DNA from: Podarcis erhardii
Lineage: Eukaryota
Length of the DNA: 64,000 bases
NCBI GenBank assembly: GCA_964252035.1
Contig: OZ176213.1
Direction: 5' to 3' (one strand)
The position numbers were made by a program, and so were the translations under genes. This document shows, piece after piece, positions 60,225-64,000 of this stretch. How positions within the stretch are numbered: the stretch's first letter is position 1; each line of letters starts with the position of its first letter. A model generated the notes under the pieces. It made no database searches. It saw only the letters and a program-made list of their open reading frames with translations, and was not told where the DNA came from.

Positions 60225-62192
60225 ATCTACAGAATGCTGGAAGGTTGGTCCAAGAGGGAAAAAGCAATTATTGCTTAGATCCACATTCATGTATGCATAT
60301 TCATGGCAGAAGACAGCTGTTACTAATGAACAGGGATACATGATGTTCCCACACTGCTCTCACCTAGAATCGTTTTCAAATATTTTTGATGTCTGTTTTA
60401 CAACATTAATTTCGGTTTCCTAGCAGAAGTGACTTATTGGCTGATGTATCTGTCCCACTCTGAGACGGCAAGAGTAGTGTTTGTTCTAAACCTGCATTAA
60501 AAAAATTAAATTAACCATATGCTTGTGTTTATATTTTAGGCAACGGCTATGATTTGGAACCCCACTGCTCAAATACCAACATCCTGTGTTATTAATGCAA
60601 CTGGCCTCTGAGCTTGTAAGTTTGAACTTCAGTGCTTTTGGCTGGTGAACGAAATGAAAATCATGTATGTTTTGGTTTTGCTGACATATCTTGGTATAAT
60701 TCACTTAAAATCAAGAATCTGTACTGCTGACACTTTGAAAGCACAAGGAGAGAAAACTATTTAAGCACATACTATTCACCAAAACATTTGGAAAAGAGAG
60801 TCTGCTGTTTGCACACAAAGTGTAGACTTTCCAAATCCAATATGGTCTTGTTGACGTGGTCCTTGGTGGTCTTGTCACGATGCAGTGAATTACATGCTGT
60901 GTTAGTTGGTCCAGTCTTGCTCACAACATGGAACTTTGCCAATAACTTAGGTGGAATAAAACTTAGTATAAAAAGTTTTGCTGGAGTAAAGGTCAGTTCT
61001 CATGTTACATCTTCCAGACACAGGAGACATTCCTAAATCTGTATGCATAGTGACCTAGTTAGGCAAAACACAGCCCTGACTCAATGGCCCACTTCACATG
61101 TAACATTAAATCCCAGTTAAAAAGTCAGTAGTTTGGGAGAAGTGAAGCAGGGACTTTTGAGCATCGTGCACTTACAGACTGCTTGTTCAAATATATCCAT
61201 AGTTAAATTTTAACTATGGTTTAACGTTACATGAACAGCAGGCTAATATATGAAATCCAGGATTACAAAATAGGCTTGGAGTTTTATGGGTTTCTTATGG
61301 CGCTTAATCTATTCACTGCAAAATCACCCACTGGTTCCAAGCCAAAGGCACCCAGGAGTTCTGGTGTGTACATGGTGGTCCTGTTTATCCATGAACACCT
61401 TTAGTCATGTTAACTACAGAGGAATTGAGTCATACCTGTGTGCTACCCATTCACACAGAGCACGTGGACAGATACAGGAGTGTTTCCTGCTTTTACAGAT
61501 CTGCGACTTGAGAGCTCACCCTCAAAATCCGCAATCTGAGATGCCATTGAGCACAGGCAAACCTCAACAATTTTGATAGGAATTAAATGTAACTGGTTGA
61601 AGGATCATGGAAAACCCATAGTACTTCCTTTGCTGGACCACAAGCGTTTTAAATCAGTAGTCTTTAGAACGAGGGCCTACTGCTATCCCCAACCTAGAAT
61701 GTGGGTTTTTTTAAAAAAAAATCATATAGGTCCATCCTTCTCCTTCCTTCAAAAATAATTAACCAGAAAAATAACAAAAAGAAAGTGTGCAGCCCACCCT
61801 AGAGCAAGCAATGATATACCAACTGAGTTTTTAAAATTTATTCTTAGCAATTATTTTGAAGATGAGAGAAGCAAAGCACTCTCCTTGTGCCAGATGGCAA
61901 AAAACAACTGGCAACTTTCAAATCACTCCACGGCTATAAAATTAACCACGGATGTATTATGAAAGTGGCCAGTTTGTTGAGTAACTGACCAGCTAAGCGC
62001 ATGCCAGCAAAGCCCAGAAGATTGCTCATTATTTCTCTCTCACGTCAACTAATCTTAAATTTGTGCCCCAGAAAGAGGAATGGCATTCTGCTTTACCAAA
62101 CAAATGGGCAACTATTCTGTTGACAAATATTTGTATATAGTTGTAAATGGGGAAAAAAACTATTTACATATAAGCATAAGACATATACATAC

Positions 62193-62318
62193 CTGTGCAA
62201 CCCGTTGTTCCTTTCTTGCCAGAATAACCCATATCACAGTGACAGATAAAGGAGCCTCTTGTATTCTCACAGCTTCCGCTCAGACAGATGTTCGGGTTCA
62301 GCTCACATTCATTAACAT
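62193..62318 (-). CDS. FBN1: FBN1 exon 31, cbEGF17
   Basis: 126 nt; [42 protein letters not shown]; cag acceptor, gtatgt donor. Confidence 0.95.
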
Positions 62319-63399
62319 CTGTAGGGGGGAAGGGGTTATAGTTGTAAAAATCTTAAGAAACTGCTACTCACATTTCACTCTAGATACAAGTATTGTTATA
62401 AACTATTACAAAAAGGGAGGAAGTAGCTATGACATTTTTGGCAGGGGAATGATATGGTTTTGGAAACAGATCCATGCAGCGCTGTGAAAAGATTGGAACC
62501 AAAGGATAGTATTCAACTGACTTCCACACATCGCGGTGAGCCATTGAAATGAATGGCCATGACTGACTTAGGCCCATTAACGTCAATGGGTCTACCCTGA
62601 GTAAAAGTGAGTTGAAAACAACCCAAAGTCTTAAGCCATTTAGGAAGCTGAGGATAGTCTTGTTTCTAGCTCCTTGAAGGTAAACTCAAAAGAAGTAACC
62701 TGGAAGTTTTCTTCCTTAGAGTTGTGATGGGAACAGAAACAAGCCCTGGAAATCTTCAGAGAGATTTATCTACCTCAACCCTCTGATGACTGTCCCTATT
62801 CATTTGAATATGAGCATTCCCTTCTACTTCTCTCCCCCCCCCCCATTGGCTCCTAGTTTGTTATTTCCATTTTCATGAGCCCAGAATCTCTAAGAGTGAA
62901 TATATCTGGCCTATGTTTTCTTATTATATTCTGAATGTTCCTCCACCAATGGTATTAAAAAGTGCAGTCACCTACCAAGGTCTTAATGTTCTCCACTATC
63001 TTCTTGTGTGGAACATTTCCCCCTCCTTAGGGTAATTTCAATCCTAAAAGGTCTGGAATCATTCTACTGGAATCCCAACCCTGTTTATAAAGGCTTCACT
63101 TCTGAAGATCTGCACTTCAACTGAGGCTTCCTTAGCCTGTTTCACATTAGACACTTTATCAAAATGCTCCAGAAGCTCACAGAAAGGATTTCCACTCTTG
63201 ATAGGGATAACATGCACGAAACTTATAGCAAGTGTGCTAGTTCTGCCCCTCATCCCAGCCATCATCAGCTTCTGCCAACTCCAAGACAACTGTGTACAGC
63301 AGGGCTGCCTCCTATGCTCAGAGAAGCTCTCACACATTTTGGAACTCTGGAAAACCAAAGTTCCACACAAATGGAAGAATCCACAAGGATAGGAGACTC

Positions 63400-63845
63400 T
63401 GTCAGGAGCTCATCCTACATGAGTAGGACCCTGGTAGAGACACATGCCCGACTGGCATGTTCCCTCCCTCCTGGTCGATAGTTCGGGAGCTTCAAAAGCT
63501 TTATTCTGCCCGAACATCACAGCGACCGATGCCAATAGACATCGGCAACACTTAAGGATCCGCAGAGTCTTCGCATCTTGCGTGACAGACCTCAGGAACT
63601 CATCATTTTGGCTAATCTACTTTATTTACATATAAACACACATGGAGCACTGCAACATGGCTCCCTCTCTCTTTAGCATCAGACAGCAAAGAGAAAAAGA
63701 ACAAAGGACAATAGTTCCACTTCACGGAACATAGTAACACAAATATCCTGTCTCCGTCACTTCCCACTTTGTGGAGTCAAAATATACACCATCATGTGAC
63801 AGACAAAAATCCCATGACTGCAATCATGGAGCAGGAATTCTAACA
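63400..63845 (-). mobile_element. Solo LTR, 446 bp
   Basis: TGTCAGGA...TTCTAACA termini; perfect 5-bp TSD GACTC (63395-63399, 63846-63850); AATAAA motifs on the minus strand. Confidence 0.85.
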
Positions 63846-64000
63846 GACTCCCCTGCTGCAAACAGTCACCCTGGAAGATGCAGAGGGCCAGAGCAATGTG
63901 GAAGTGTATGGGTGGAGAGAGTGCACTCACGAAATTACTCTTTGCTCCTCAAGTGTTTAGTTAAGGCCTGCTCAAAATGTCAGAATGGGGTTTGTGTGCC

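Larger units (their letters stand above)
1..62318 (-). other. FBN1: Fibrillin-1 gene body, partial (exons 31-63 of 65); both gene ends lie outside the window
   Basis: 33 spliced exons form one open frame of tandem cbEGF and TB (8-Cys) domains. The peptides match FBN1 rather than FBN2/3 (e.g. [86 protein letters not shown]). Confidence 0.96.

Noticed and set aside
1-62318. Gene could be FBN2 or FBN3
   Set aside because: TB4, TB5, TB7 and most cbEGF peptides and every exon size fit FBN1 as I recall it; only cbEGF27 has some FBN2-like residues.
62319-64000. Expected FBN1 exon 30 (cbEGF16)
   Set aside because: No DIDECEDNPNIC-like coding sequence found on the minus strand; it must lie beyond the window.
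1-64000. CRISPR arrays, rRNA, bona fide tRNA genes or prokaryotic operons
   Set aside because: None visible; the tRNA-like segments are SINE heads and the short repeats are microsatellites or MITE internals.

Overview
Vertebrate genomic DNA, almost certainly from a squamate reptile and probably a lacertid-type lizard, judged from Sauria SINEs, BovB and a Squam3-like SINE. The whole window lies inside one minus-strand gene, fibrillin-1 (FBN1). I located 33 consecutive coding exons: 31-62 complete and 63 cut by the window edge (65-exon numbering, assigned from my recollection of the human protein). They encode cbEGF17 through TB4-TB7 to cbEGF43. All complete exons are phase 1-1 and multiples of 3, total 3981 nt, and match the human exon sizes I recall. 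The introns are dense in transposons (Sauria SINE, BovB, L2, CR1, L1, solo LTRs, hAT and Tc1/pogo MITEs, a Penelope fragment). No prokaryote-type system, CRISPR array or intact RNA gene is visible. The best leads are: (1) two different solo LTRs that each carry a frame starting at LTR position 5 and encoding an acidic then Arg-rich peptide; (2) a 1.9-kb TSD-flanked L1-like element with one short ORF and no reverse transcriptase (HAL1-like); (3) a candidate poison exon in intron 57; (4) a GC-AG intron; (5) inverted repeats, long hairpins and a decayed hammerhead ribozyme. None of these was checked against a database, and the functional readings are hypotheses.
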